This document shows positions 27,183-35,952 of a stretch of DNA of 64,000 nt, piece by piece. Below the pieces are notes generated by a model. The model searched no databases. It was not told where the DNA came from and saw only the letters and a list, made by a program, of their open reading frames with translations. Position 1 is the first letter of the stretch. Every line of letters starts with the position of its first letter. Source of the DNA: a virus; UHGV virus genome UHGV-0179803, one strand, 5' to 3'. Both the position numbers and the translations under genes were made by a program.

Positions 27183-28399
27183 TGTCAAACTGCTCAACCG
27201 TATCTGTATACGTGCGTACTTACAAAACTCGTAACGATGCTCGTGTAGCAAAAGCAAAATACGAAAGTCGCGGCTTTCCAGTAGGTAAACCATACCTTCT
27301 TGATGGTGAATGGTGGATAGACGTACATTCCCCAGTAAGTTGCGACATTGATAATGAATTTATGGAAGTGGAATACCACTATGCAGAGTTCCCTTCTCGT
27401 GGGGAGGCTCGTAAGTTCAAAGAGAACTGCATGGAAGGTTCCACAATTATCGACCGTGGCCCTTATGCGACTGTACCGCGTTGGGTGGTCAAATACCCTG
27501 GCGATGTAGTAGGGGTATTACACTGGGAAAATGTAAGTCCTAAAACCCTTGTTTACACCCCAGCAGAAAACGCAGTGACTTACGATGTTGGCACTTTGGT
27601 GCCAAATAATGACCCTGTGGTGGTTATCTTCGGTAGCATGATCCAGATTATCACTCGTGAAGATACCTACACTGTAGAGTCTGAGGACAACGAAGCACTC
27701 TACAAAGAGGTATTTGCAAGAGTTAGTGCTAACGACTTCGATAGTGCTATTCAACTCATTAAGGACGCTGAAAAAGAGAGTAGTGAAGGTTATGAAGTGC
27801 TGGATGAAGAGAATCATCTTATAATGCTTGATGGTGAACTCTTCTACTACGGTGTACATCTGACTTCTACTATCGCCAAACGTATTGAAAAGGATGCAGC
27901 AGAAGGTACTTTGGATGACCGCTATATTAAGTTCTTGGTCCGTCTGCTTCGTAACCCGTCTGCTAAGTCTGTAGAAATGCTCTACGACTTTATGCAGGCA
28001 AATGATATTGACATTCTACCAGATGGTCGTATAGAATGTTTCCGTGGTGTCACCCAGCTACCTGACGGAAGTTGCGTAGACTACCATTCTGGTAAAGTCC
28101 CACAATACGAAGGTTGCTTTATCTCAATGCCTCGTAACTTTGTAGAGGATAACCCAGAGGTGGCTTGCTCTCACGGTCTGCACTGTGCAAGCGCTGAGTA
28201 TGCCAAAGGTTATGGCGTGTTAACTAAAGTAGCTGTTGACCCAGCAGATGTGGTTAGCGTACCATATGACTACGATTTTGCTAAATGCCGTTGCTGCCGA
28301 TTCGAAATACTCACGGCCCCTGCTAAACGTACAGAGGGTATCCCAGATGAGTATGTAGTTGACCGAGATGGCAACGTAATAGAAGAGATCTTCTTCTAA
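27182..28399 (+). CDS. rIIB-like protein (by synteny)
   Basis: 405 aa; start overlaps stop of the GHKL gene (TAATG); no independent motif. Confidence 0.4.
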   Translation: MSNCSTVSVYVRTYKTRNDARVAKAKYESRGFPVGKPYLLDGEWWIDVHSPVSCDIDNEFMEVEYHYAEFPSRGEARKFKENCMEGSTIIDRGPYATVPRWVVKYPGDVVGVLHWENVSPKTLVYTPAENAVTYDVGTLVPNNDPVVVIFGSMIQIITREDTYTVESEDNEALYKEVFARVSANDFDSAIQLIKDAEKESSEGYEVLDEENHLIMLDGELFYYGVHLTSTIAKRIEKDAAEGTLDDRYIKFLVRLLRNPSAKSVEMLYDFMQANDIDILPDGRIECFRGVTQLPDGSCVDYHSGKVPQYEGCFISMPRNFVEDNPEVACSHGLHCASAEYAKGYGVLTKVAVDPADVVSVPYDYDFAKCRCCRFEILTAPAKRTEGIPDEYVVDRDGNVIEEIFF

Positions 28400-28408
28400 G
28401 GAGGAAGA

Positions 28409-29797
28409 GTGGGAGAACATACTTATGAGATTGGCACGGATGCCGCTCTCGCCGCTGTGTTATGTGGTGAAAACGTCTATATCAGCGGACCTGGCGGGAC
28501 CGGGAAGACTCATCTTTTACAAGATATACAGTCTTTACTTGGCGAATCCTGTATGGTTGTTGCCCCAACAGGGGTAGCCGCGCTTAACGCGGGAGGTGTT
28601 ACCGCACACAGAGCTTTTGACCTGTCAGCAGGTGTGACTGTCCCAGAAGACTTCACAGAGATTCGTTCTAAAACAGCAAAACCTCTCAAAAGTAAAGCGC
28701 TACGGACTTTAGTCATTGATGAAGTGTCTATGGTCCGTGCGGATAAGTTTGTGGAGATGGATAAGAAACTCCAGCACCTCCGTAAAACCAGTGAACCTTT
28801 CGGAGGTTTACAGGTGATCATGTTTGGGGATTTCTACCAGGCACAACCTGTTATCTCTACGCAAGAAAGGGAGGACTACTACAAATATTGGGATACTGAC
28901 CTTTGTTTCTATACCCAATCGTGGAAAGATCTTAATCTGAAATGTGTTGCCCTTGTGGAGCAATTCAGGCAAGAGTCAATCCGGTTTGCCACAATGCTGA
29001 ACTGCGTTCGTGAAGGTAGGAGAACAGGCGATGTGGTTAAAGAATTAAACTCTCGTTGTTACCACGGGGGGCAGGCCTCTGATGCTATCATCCTTTGCTC
29101 AACCAACAAAAGAGTGGAGGAGATAAACAGAGAGTTCTATGACCGTATTGATGGTGAGGAGAGGATGTATAAAGGGACGCTGAAAGGTAAATTCCCTCCC
29201 AATCAGCTACCTGTGGAAGATTTGATGTGCCTTAAAGTGGGAATGAAAGTCATGATTGTTGCCAACGACCTTAATCCTAATCACAAAGTTCCTTGTTATG
29301 TTAACGGTTCTCGTGGCACAATATTAAAATTCTATGATGATAAGGTTGACATTGAACTAGATAATGGTACACTTGTGACTGTACCTAAAAAGCTATGGGA
29401 AAGCTACGAATACAAACCGTCCCTGAAAATGGATTGGAAGGCTCGTAAACAGAAAAGAGTGATTGAGAGAATAACCACAGGGTCATTTGAACAGTTGCCT
29501 TTGAAGTCTGGATACGCGTACACAATTCACAAAAGCCAGGGTCTTACGTTAGATGCCTATAACTTGGATCTTGGTAAGAGAGGCGCATTCGCAGCGGGAA
29601 TGACTTATGTTGCTCTTAGTCGTGCTAAGAAAATTCAGAGCATTACCCTCTTGCGTCCTGTCAGAGAAAGTGATATTATTGTAGACCCAAGAGTGGTACA
29701 GTTTTACGCTGATACGTTCCCGGGGTTGGATGAAAAAGTAAGAAAAGATCTTGAAGTCAAAGTTAAAAAGGAGGCCGAGAATGAGTCTACTGGCTAA
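28409..29797 (+). CDS. SF1 DNA helicase, Dda/RecD/Pif1-like
   Basis: 462 aa; GTG start after AAGGAGG; Walker A GPGGTGKTH; VIDEVSMV; FGDFYQAQPV; C-terminal YAYTIHKSQGLT and ALSRA motifs. Confidence 0.8.
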   Translation: MGEHTYEIGTDAALAAVLCGENVYISGPGGTGKTHLLQDIQSLLGESCMVVAPTGVAALNAGGVTAHRAFDLSAGVTVPEDFTEIRSKTAKPLKSKALRTLVIDEVSMVRADKFVEMDKKLQHLRKTSEPFGGLQVIMFGDFYQAQPVISTQEREDYYKYWDTDLCFYTQSWKDLNLKCVALVEQFRQESIRFATMLNCVREGRRTGDVVKELNSRCYHGGQASDAIILCSTNKRVEEINREFYDRIDGEERMYKGTLKGKFPPNQLPVEDLMCLKVGMKVMIVANDLNPNHKVPCYVNGSRGTILKFYDDKVDIELDNGTLVTVPKKLWESYEYKPSLKMDWKARKQKRVIERITTGSFEQLPLKSGYAYTIHKSQGLTLDAYNLDLGKRGAFAAGMTYVALSRAKKIQSITLLRPVRESDIIVDPRVVQFYADTFPGLDEKVRKDLEVKVKKEAENESTG

Positions 29798-30104
29798 TGT
29801 GGTTAATTATGTCGCCGATATTGATACATCTGAACCACAAGATGTAACAGTGCACGACTTTACACAACGTCATAAAAATCATGATCTTTTGTTGGTGGCA
29901 GACAGTGAGGATTATGATGTTTACCATGCTTTTGTGTTCTCTGATACTGTTTTTGAAGTAGGTCAATTCCTGACTGTTAACTTCGGAGAAGATACAGGTG
30001 TGGAAGATATTGTAACTTTCATTATCGAAGGTCTGGATTGTGTTGACGAAGACGGTACTGCGTTTGAATTGATTCTTCGTGTTGTAGAAGAGCTTGACAT
30101 ATAA
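29781..30104 (+). CDS. small acidic protein
   Basis: 107 aa from ATG after AGGAGG; strongly acidic. Confidence 0.45.
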   Translation: MSLLANVVNYVADIDTSEPQDVTVHDFTQRHKNHDLLLVADSEDYDVYHAFVFSDTVFEVGQFLTVNFGEDTGVEDIVTFIIEGLDCVDEDGTAFELILRVVEELDI

Positions 30105-30170
30105 TCCCAACTTTGGTAACATCAGAAGCATGAAGGGGAGTAGGTGCTCCCCACTACTAAGGAGACAGTC

Positions 30171-30461
30171 ATGGCTAACAAATTACACAGTTTCTATCTA
30201 GATTTCACACACGAAGAGTATGTATGTGAATGCCTATGCCGAGTCCAATTGCCAGATTACAATGAACGGGCATCGGACATTGATTACTACGGCTTCCGCG
30301 AAATCGCAGAGATTGAAGTCTACAAAGATGGTAACAAATTACCGTTCTTACCTAAAGGTTTACGTAATAAAATCAACTTTGCAGCACACAAAGCTCTGGA
30401 AGAACACTTGCACTCTGCTGATGTGCTCTCTTCGTTTGCTGAAGAAACAGGTGGCTTTTGA
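30171..30461 (+). CDS. hypothetical protein
   Basis: 96 aa; GGAGACAGTC upstream. Confidence 0.5.
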   Translation: MANKLHSFYLDFTHEEYVCECLCRVQLPDYNERASDIDYYGFREIAEIEVYKDGNKLPFLPKGLRNKINFAAHKALEEHLHSADVLSSFAEETGGF

Positions 30462-30655
30462 TGGATGTTAAAATTCTGAGCTTCAACTTAAGTGTCAGTT
30501 ATGAGTGTGCTGAACAACAGTTGGCTAGTTACCTAAGACTTGGCTACAAGATCAAAGGTCAATCTCATAACGACAAATACCTTATTTATACTTTAGTTGA
30601 AGATTCTCCAACACTCGAAGATAAAGAACGAAAACAATGTATGGGAGGCTTCTGA
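30458..30655 (+). CDS. hypothetical small protein (tandem paralog 1)
   Basis: 65 aa; MMDVKILSFNL...; similar to the next ORF. Confidence 0.45.
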   Translation: MMDVKILSFNLSVSYECAEQQLASYLRLGYKIKGQSHNDKYLIYTLVEDSPTLEDKERKQCMGGF

Positions 30656-30936
30656 TGGCTGCTGATGTAAAAATTATCGGGGTCCCGTGTATCGATAGTT
30701 GCCTTAATTCTCTGGAAGAGGATTTAAGCAAATATGTTGACGAAGGTTATGCTATCACAGGCCAATGCATAACACCTCAGGGCAATATCATCTATACACT
30801 GGTTAAAAACGTAGACGAAGCTAAGGTTGTTCCTACGCCAACACCAGTGCTTGAAGAGATCGATATTGATTTTGTTCTGGAAACACTGGAAGCAGACTGG
30901 ATCAAAAACAAAAGTAGGAGGGTAGCTAAAAAATGA
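30655..30936 (+). CDS. hypothetical small protein (tandem paralog 2)
   Basis: 93 aa from ATG after GGGAGG; MAADVKIIGVPC...IIYTLVKNVD parallels upstream ORF. Confidence 0.45.
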   Translation: MAADVKIIGVPCIDSCLNSLEEDLSKYVDEGYAITGQCITPQGNIIYTLVKNVDEAKVVPTPTPVLEEIDIDFVLETLEADWIKNKSRRVAKK

Positions 30937-31406
30937 TTTACGAAAGTGACTATATCTGGAAGATTGGCCCTGCTGCACAAGATCTGATTGAAGTGCCACG
31001 GGAAACGCTACAAAAAGCTGCTTTTAAGTTCCGTGATCTTGCAGTGATTGGTAACAGGATCCTGAAATATCTTAAAAACAAACGTTATGTTGAAGAGAAG
31101 TTCTTCGGATTGATCAAAAAAGAAACTACAGTATGGGAACACTACTTGAAAGAGTCTCAGAGCTTCTATGCTGGGCTGGGCGTAGCTCAGATGGTGATGC
31201 ATGACGGTTACATCAACCCAACTGAAATGCGTTGCCTACGCTACGCTATAAGCGATTACCCTGGGTTCCTGAAGTATCATTTAACTGGCACAGCCTCTGA
31301 AAAGATTTATCTGACAGAGGAACATTTCGAACAACTGAATAAAATTTTAAACATAGACTTGACATTAGTCTCAACAGAGTATACAATTGGGATTCGTGTC
31401 GAGTAA
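30933..31406 (+). CDS. hypothetical protein
   Basis: 157 aa; ATGA overlap. Confidence 0.5.
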   Translation: MIYESDYIWKIGPAAQDLIEVPRETLQKAAFKFRDLAVIGNRILKYLKNKRYVEEKFFGLIKKETTVWEHYLKESQSFYAGLGVAQMVMHDGYINPTEMRCLRYAISDYPGFLKYHLTGTASEKIYLTEEHFEQLNKILNIDLTLVSTEYTIGIRVE

Positions 31407-31411
31407 TAACA

Positions 31412-31437
31412 GCCCTGCCCGAAAGGGCGGGGTTTTT
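31412..31437 (+). terminator. intrinsic terminator
   Basis: GCCCTGCCC-GAAA-GGGCGGGG hairpin followed by TTTTTGTGTTT. Confidence 0.65.
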
Positions 31438-31458
31438 GTGTTTGGAGGGCTAAATAGT

Positions 31459-32193
31459 ATGAAGCAAGGTGTAGTGTGGGCTTTATTCAATGGCTCCGAT
31501 ATTGCTGTCAAACCCTGGGCTGATGCAGGGTATTTGTGCTTCTGCTTCAATGCAGAAGGGGCAGATCACGGGAGCTATGCAGAGGTAGTAGAAGAACATC
31601 CCAACATTAAGTACATAGATTACTGGATTGACCCGTGGTTCCCACAAGAAACCTTGGGGATGTATCCTGCACCAGATTTCATCCTGTCGTTTCCACCATG
31701 TACCCACTTAGCGGTATCTGGAGCAGCACATTTCAAGAAAAAATTACAAAAAGATCCGTTGATTCAGGTCAATGCTGTAAAAGATGCACGTATTGCAGAA
31801 ACATTGGGTAACATGTATAATTGTCCGTGGCATGTGGAGAACCCTGTTGGGGTTATGTCTAATATGTGGCGTAAACCAGACTACAAGTTCCATCCGTCTG
31901 AGTATGGTGGCTATCTGCCGGAAGATGACCAGAACCCGTGGTTCCCTGACCTGATTAAGCCCAGAGATGCTTATCCGAAGCTAACCTGTGGATGGTTTGG
32001 GAATGGTTTTGTTGTCCCTGAGAAACGACCTGTGCCGCAGATTTGTGATGTAAATGGGTATTCTTTCCAACATACCAAACTGGGAGGAAAATCTCCTCGT
32101 ACCAAAATGATCAGAAGCCTGACACCTCGTGGTTGGGCATTAGCCGTGTTTGAAGCCAACGAACCCGTTGTAAGGAGCAAACTCAATGGTTGA
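31459..32193 (+). CDS. C5-cytosine methyltransferase-like protein (minimal, no obvious target-recognition domain)
   Basis: 244 aa from ATG after GGAGGG; motif I-like LFNGS, motif IV SFPPCTHLAVSGAA (Pro-Cys), motif VI HVENPVG (ENV), in the order and spacing expected for C5-MTases. Confidence 0.5.
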   Translation: MKQGVVWALFNGSDIAVKPWADAGYLCFCFNAEGADHGSYAEVVEEHPNIKYIDYWIDPWFPQETLGMYPAPDFILSFPPCTHLAVSGAAHFKKKLQKDPLIQVNAVKDARIAETLGNMYNCPWHVENPVGVMSNMWRKPDYKFHPSEYGGYLPEDDQNPWFPDLIKPRDAYPKLTCGWFGNGFVVPEKRPVPQICDVNGYSFQHTKLGGKSPRTKMIRSLTPRGWALAVFEANEPVVRSKLNG

Positions 32194-32857
32194 CTGGAGC
32201 AAATATTTCACCTACAGTGACGGTAAACTGTTCTGGGCGTATACCGCAAAAGCCGGAAGAGGCAGGGTTATACATCACGCAGGCGAGGAGGCCACAGGTA
32301 CAGACACAGATGGCTATAGGGTGATAAGTGTGTCAGGTGTTGGACGTGTTAGTAGGCATAGAATAATTTGGGAGATGCATTACGGGGAGATACCTGAAGG
32401 CCTTGTTGTGCGGCACAAGAACGACATAGCAGGCGATGATAGGATAGAGAACTTAGTCCTAGGAACACAGGGAGATAATGTACGAGACATGATCTACAGT
32501 GACAAATTGAACATTAACAATACCTCAGGGTGTCGAGGTGTATGCTACCATAGGGGTGTAAAAAGATGGATTGCATCTGCTGGAGACATATATTTAGGAT
32601 GTTTTAAGACAAAAGAGGATGCAATTACATGCAGAAAGTTATGGGAGGAGGGAAAATTCGTCCCGCAAGAATTAGATGTTAGAAATACCAGCGGTGTAAC
32701 AGGGGTGTTCTATGTGCCAAGCTCTGGAAGGTGGAGAGTTAGAGTACAAAGTGGCAAAAAGAGAAAGAGCTATGGTAGTTACAACACTTTAGAAGAAGCA
32801 AGAGCTGTAAGGGACAGAGTGATGAAAGAGATTGAGGAGTCTAAAGATGGGGAATAA
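32186..32857 (+). CDS. HNH homing endonuclease with AP2-type DNA-binding repeats
   Basis: 223 aa; HNH_3-like GYRVISVSG...RVSRHRIIWEMHYG...VVRHKNDIAGDDRIENL; two AP2-like repeats (TSGCRGVCYHRGVKRWIA, TSGVTGVFYVPSSGRWRV). Confidence 0.75.
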   Translation: MVDWSKYFTYSDGKLFWAYTAKAGRGRVIHHAGEEATGTDTDGYRVISVSGVGRVSRHRIIWEMHYGEIPEGLVVRHKNDIAGDDRIENLVLGTQGDNVRDMIYSDKLNINNTSGCRGVCYHRGVKRWIASAGDIYLGCFKTKEDAITCRKLWEEGKFVPQELDVRNTSGVTGVFYVPSSGRWRVRVQSGKKRKSYGSYNTLEEARAVRDRVMKEIEESKDGE

Positions 32858-35800
32858 GTTTATACCCTCTGCGTATAGTCGTTATGGGGAACCGAACCCA
32901 GTTGCAACAAGATACAAAAGCGGAGGCAGTATGGCACGAGACTATCGTGATGAAAAAGAGGTTGAAACTGTAGAGACTGTTTTAGAAAATACTAAAATTG
33001 TCCCTGTTCCACAACAAAATATCGGACTGACGGCTGCACAATATTTCGGTGTGCGATCAGCATTGTCCCAAGAAGATGGTGTGACAGTCGTTGCAACATA
33101 TTTCCCATATTACAACCGCTACGGCAATCTATCTGGCTTTAAAAAGCGTGATTGGTCTAAGCCAAAAGAGCAGAAAGGGCACTGGTCTGTAGTAGGCATT
33201 GTTAAGGCCAACAGCCAGTTCTTCGGTCAGAAAATGGTTGGTGAAGGCTCAGACCATCGTAAAATCATTGTCTGCGAAGGTGAAGGCGATGTTATTGCTG
33301 CGTGGCAGACTGAATGGATGATGGTCAGGAAAATAGCTACAGACCCGTCATCAAATAAGAAAGCTAAAGCGTGGGCACAAAGCGTTCTTGACGGTATTAA
33401 AGCCGTGCAGGATGGTGGTTCTGCTAAAGGTTTTCCCACAATTAACGTGGTAGGGCTTAATTGTGGTTGTGCGAATGCCGTAGACGCTTTTGCCAACAAC
33501 GAGAAGTTTATTCGTGGCTTTGATGAGATTGTCCTGGCCTTCGATAATGACGCTGCAAATGATGTTGAGAAGCTAAAACATGTCACCAAAGGTGTTGAAG
33601 CCACTCACAATGTTGCAGCTTTCCTGATGGCTGACAACGTTTTCCATGTGCAGTATCCGAGCGAGGTAAATGATCCAGAGGGTTACAAAGATATCCGTGA
33701 TTTGTTCCAGGCTAAAAAGTATGATCAAATTCACGATATGTTCAAAAACCCGATCAAATACGTGCCAGACGCTGTAGCAGGCCTGAATGATTTCTCAATT
33801 GAAGATTTACGTAAAAAATCCACCAATGGTGTTGACATTGGGGCAGAGTTCCCTAAACTCCAGAAAATGTTGAAAGGTTTGCATAAAGGCACACTGGTCA
33901 TGTTGACTGGCCCTTCCGGCGGTGGTAAGACTACGGTAGCTAAGAAGATTGAGCACCAGATAGCTAAATACCTGATGGATCCTACGGTGGCTAAAGCTGA
34001 TGACTACGACCCCGAAGACAGGTTGTGTATGATTCACCTGGAAGAGGACCCAGAAGAAGCCATCAACTCGCTGTATGCTAACCAGCTGGGGTATGATATC
34101 AAGAATTTCATGGAGGACCCAAGCAAGTATCTGACCGAGCAGGAACACTTTGAAATCCACAAAGCCTGGGTTGATGCTGATAAAATCAGAGTATTCCGGC
34201 ACTTCGGTTCAATACCTGTAAACGACCTGATCACCAAGCTGAAACAGATGGTGTGCTTGTATCATTGTCGTTACATCGTACTGGATCATCTGTCAATGGT
34301 TATTTCTGGTTTGAATGTAAAAGATGAGCGTAAAGAGCTGGACCTTGCAATGACGCAGCTTGCAGCATTCTGTAAGCAATTCAATGTGTTCATTTTGGTG
34401 ATTGCACACTTACGTCGTACAGAGATTATCCCACCGAAGGATAAAGAAGGTAGGGCTTTACCGTTCTGGTATCCTGTCCGTAAAGAAAACCTTCGTGGTT
34501 GTGTTTCTGCGGACACAGAGTTTTTAACCCCGCAGGGGTGGAAACGCATAGATAACTATGCAGAAGGGGATTTGGTTGCGCAGCACGATGAAAATGGCGT
34601 AATGACTTTCGTAACCCCGAAAGCCTACATCAATCTTCCTTGCGAAGAAATGTGGCATGTTTCCAACACTCACGTTGTAGACATGTTGTTGAGCGATGAA
34701 CATCGTGTTGTATATGTGAATGACAGAACGCCAGATGTTTTCCGTACGAAAACCATGTTGGAAGTTGTCTATGACCACAACAACAAGCCTTCAGGTATGC
34801 GTGGGAAAATACCTGCTACGTTCCTCACAGGGTGCAATGGGACGCTGGGGTTGACTGATGACCAATTACGCCTACAGGTTGCTGTAAATGCTGATGGGAC
34901 AGTTCTTACTGAGTCAACAGGAAGAGTGGCTGTGAGAATCAAAAAAGATCGGAAAAAACAACGTCTCGAGATGCTGCTGGAGAAAACAAACACCACTTAT
35001 AGGCGTCTTGATTTGCACGGGGTGCACGAAGGACGCACAGAGTACCAATTTAAAGCACCGTGTGGGTATAAAGGTGTGACTGGGGAATGGTTTAATCTCA
35101 AACAACACGAGTTGGAGATTATCTGTGATGAGGTTATGTATTGGGACGGAGATTCTGTGAACAAAAACAGGGTGTCCACCATTAACAAACTTGAAGCGGA
35201 CTTCTTACAGTTTGCCTACAGCGCCTGTGGACATAGAACATCTTTATCCATGAAGGAGAACAACAGTGGCTTTGGCGGTAGTTACAACTGTAAACCTTTG
35301 TACGAGGTAAATGTTTGCAATACTAAGTACATGCATATACGCAAAGGTAGTAATAACAAACCCTCTATTGAACGTGTACCTTCCCCAGATGGACGTAAGT
35401 ATTGCTTTACGTTACCGTCGGGTATGTGGGTGGCGCGCCGCAATGGGCATATTTTTATCACAGGAAATTCGGGGAGTATGGAACAACTCAGTTGGGTTGT
35501 CATAGGGGTAGAAGCAGAAGAGATGCCTGACAGGTCCCGTGGGCGTGTCCGTTTAGTTAGCCTAAAAAACAGGCCAGCTAAAACCTTGGGTATCGCTGAT
35601 GTGCTGATTATGAACCCTGAGACTGGTAAATTCTCCGATGCCAGTGACTGGGTGTGGGATAAAGAGACAGGTTTCTTCCTGAACAAAGATGGGGATATTG
35701 TCTGGAGGCCACAAGATATGTTCGACAATGAAGAACATGTTGTTGTGGAAACTCCTGAAGGTAAGGTTACCGCCGATGTGAAACCTCAACCAAAATCTGT

Positions 35801-35888
35801 TGACGCAGAAGGGGAAGAAGATGATGGAGTGGATGATCAGAGTGTAATCCAACAGGAGTTCCCTGAGGATGAAGATTGTCCGTTCTGA
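32847..35888 (+). CDS. primase-helicase (TOPRIM primase plus DnaB-like helicase), interrupted by an intein
   Basis: TOPRIM IIVCEGEGDVIAAW and LAFDNDAAND; Walker A LTGPSGGGKTTV; helicase motif split as ENLRG / SGSMEQLSWVVIG around a 323-aa insert. Confidence 0.8.
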   Translation: MGNKFIPSAYSRYGEPNPVATRYKSGGSMARDYRDEKEVETVETVLENTKIVPVPQQNIGLTAAQYFGVRSALSQEDGVTVVATYFPYYNRYGNLSGFKKRDWSKPKEQKGHWSVVGIVKANSQFFGQKMVGEGSDHRKIIVCEGEGDVIAAWQTEWMMVRKIATDPSSNKKAKAWAQSVLDGIKAVQDGGSAKGFPTINVVGLNCGCANAVDAFANNEKFIRGFDEIVLAFDNDAANDVEKLKHVTKGVEATHNVAAFLMADNVFHVQYPSEVNDPEGYKDIRDLFQAKKYDQIHDMFKNPIKYVPDAVAGLNDFSIEDLRKKSTNGVDIGAEFPKLQKMLKGLHKGTLVMLTGPSGGGKTTVAKKIEHQIAKYLMDPTVAKADDYDPEDRLCMIHLEEDPEEAINSLYANQLGYDIKNFMEDPSKYLTEQEHFEIHKAWVDADKIRVFRHFGSIPVNDLITKLKQMVCLYHCRYIVLDHLSMVISGLNVKDERKELDLAMTQLAAFCKQFNVFILVIAHLRRTEIIPPKDKEGRALPFWYPVRKENLRGCVSADTEFLTPQGWKRIDNYAEGDLVAQHDENGVMTFVTPKAYINLPCEEMWHVSNTHVVDMLLSDEHRVVYVNDRTPDVFRTKTMLEVVYDHNNKPSGMRGKIPATFLTGCNGTLGLTDDQLRLQVAVNADGTVLTESTGRVAVRIKKDRKKQRLEMLLEKTNTTYRRLDLHGVHEGRTEYQFKAPCGYKGVTGEWFNLKQHELEIICDEVMYWDGDSVNKNRVSTINKLEADFLQFAYSACGHRTSLSMKENNSGFGGSYNCKPLYEVNVCNTKYMHIRKGSNNKPSIERVPSPDGRKYCFTLPSGMWVARRNGHIFITGNSGSMEQLSWVVIGVEAEEMPDRSRGRVRLVSLKNRPAKTLGIADVLIMNPETGKFSDASDWVWDKETGFFLNKDGDIVWRPQDMFDNEEHVVVETPEGKVTADVKPQPKSVDAEGEEDDGVDDQSVIQQEFPEDEDCPF
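34500..35468 (+). mobile_element. intein (323 aa) within the helicase domain
   Basis: Starts CVSADTEFL (block A-like Cys1); ends NGHIFITGN followed by Ser +1; flanking extein residues reconstitute a DnaB-type RG-SG motif; size allows an endonuclease domain. Confidence 0.65.
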
Positions 35889-35952
35889 TGCTTAACTGAG
35901 AGTGGGGAGAGCAGTACAGCCAACTCCCCCTTACATGTAAGGTATTAATAAT

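Noticed and set aside
31459-32193. Thymidylate synthase (because of the Pro-Cys motif)
   Set aside because: The other thymidylate synthase signatures are absent, while the motif order PC then ENV fits C5-methyltransferases better.
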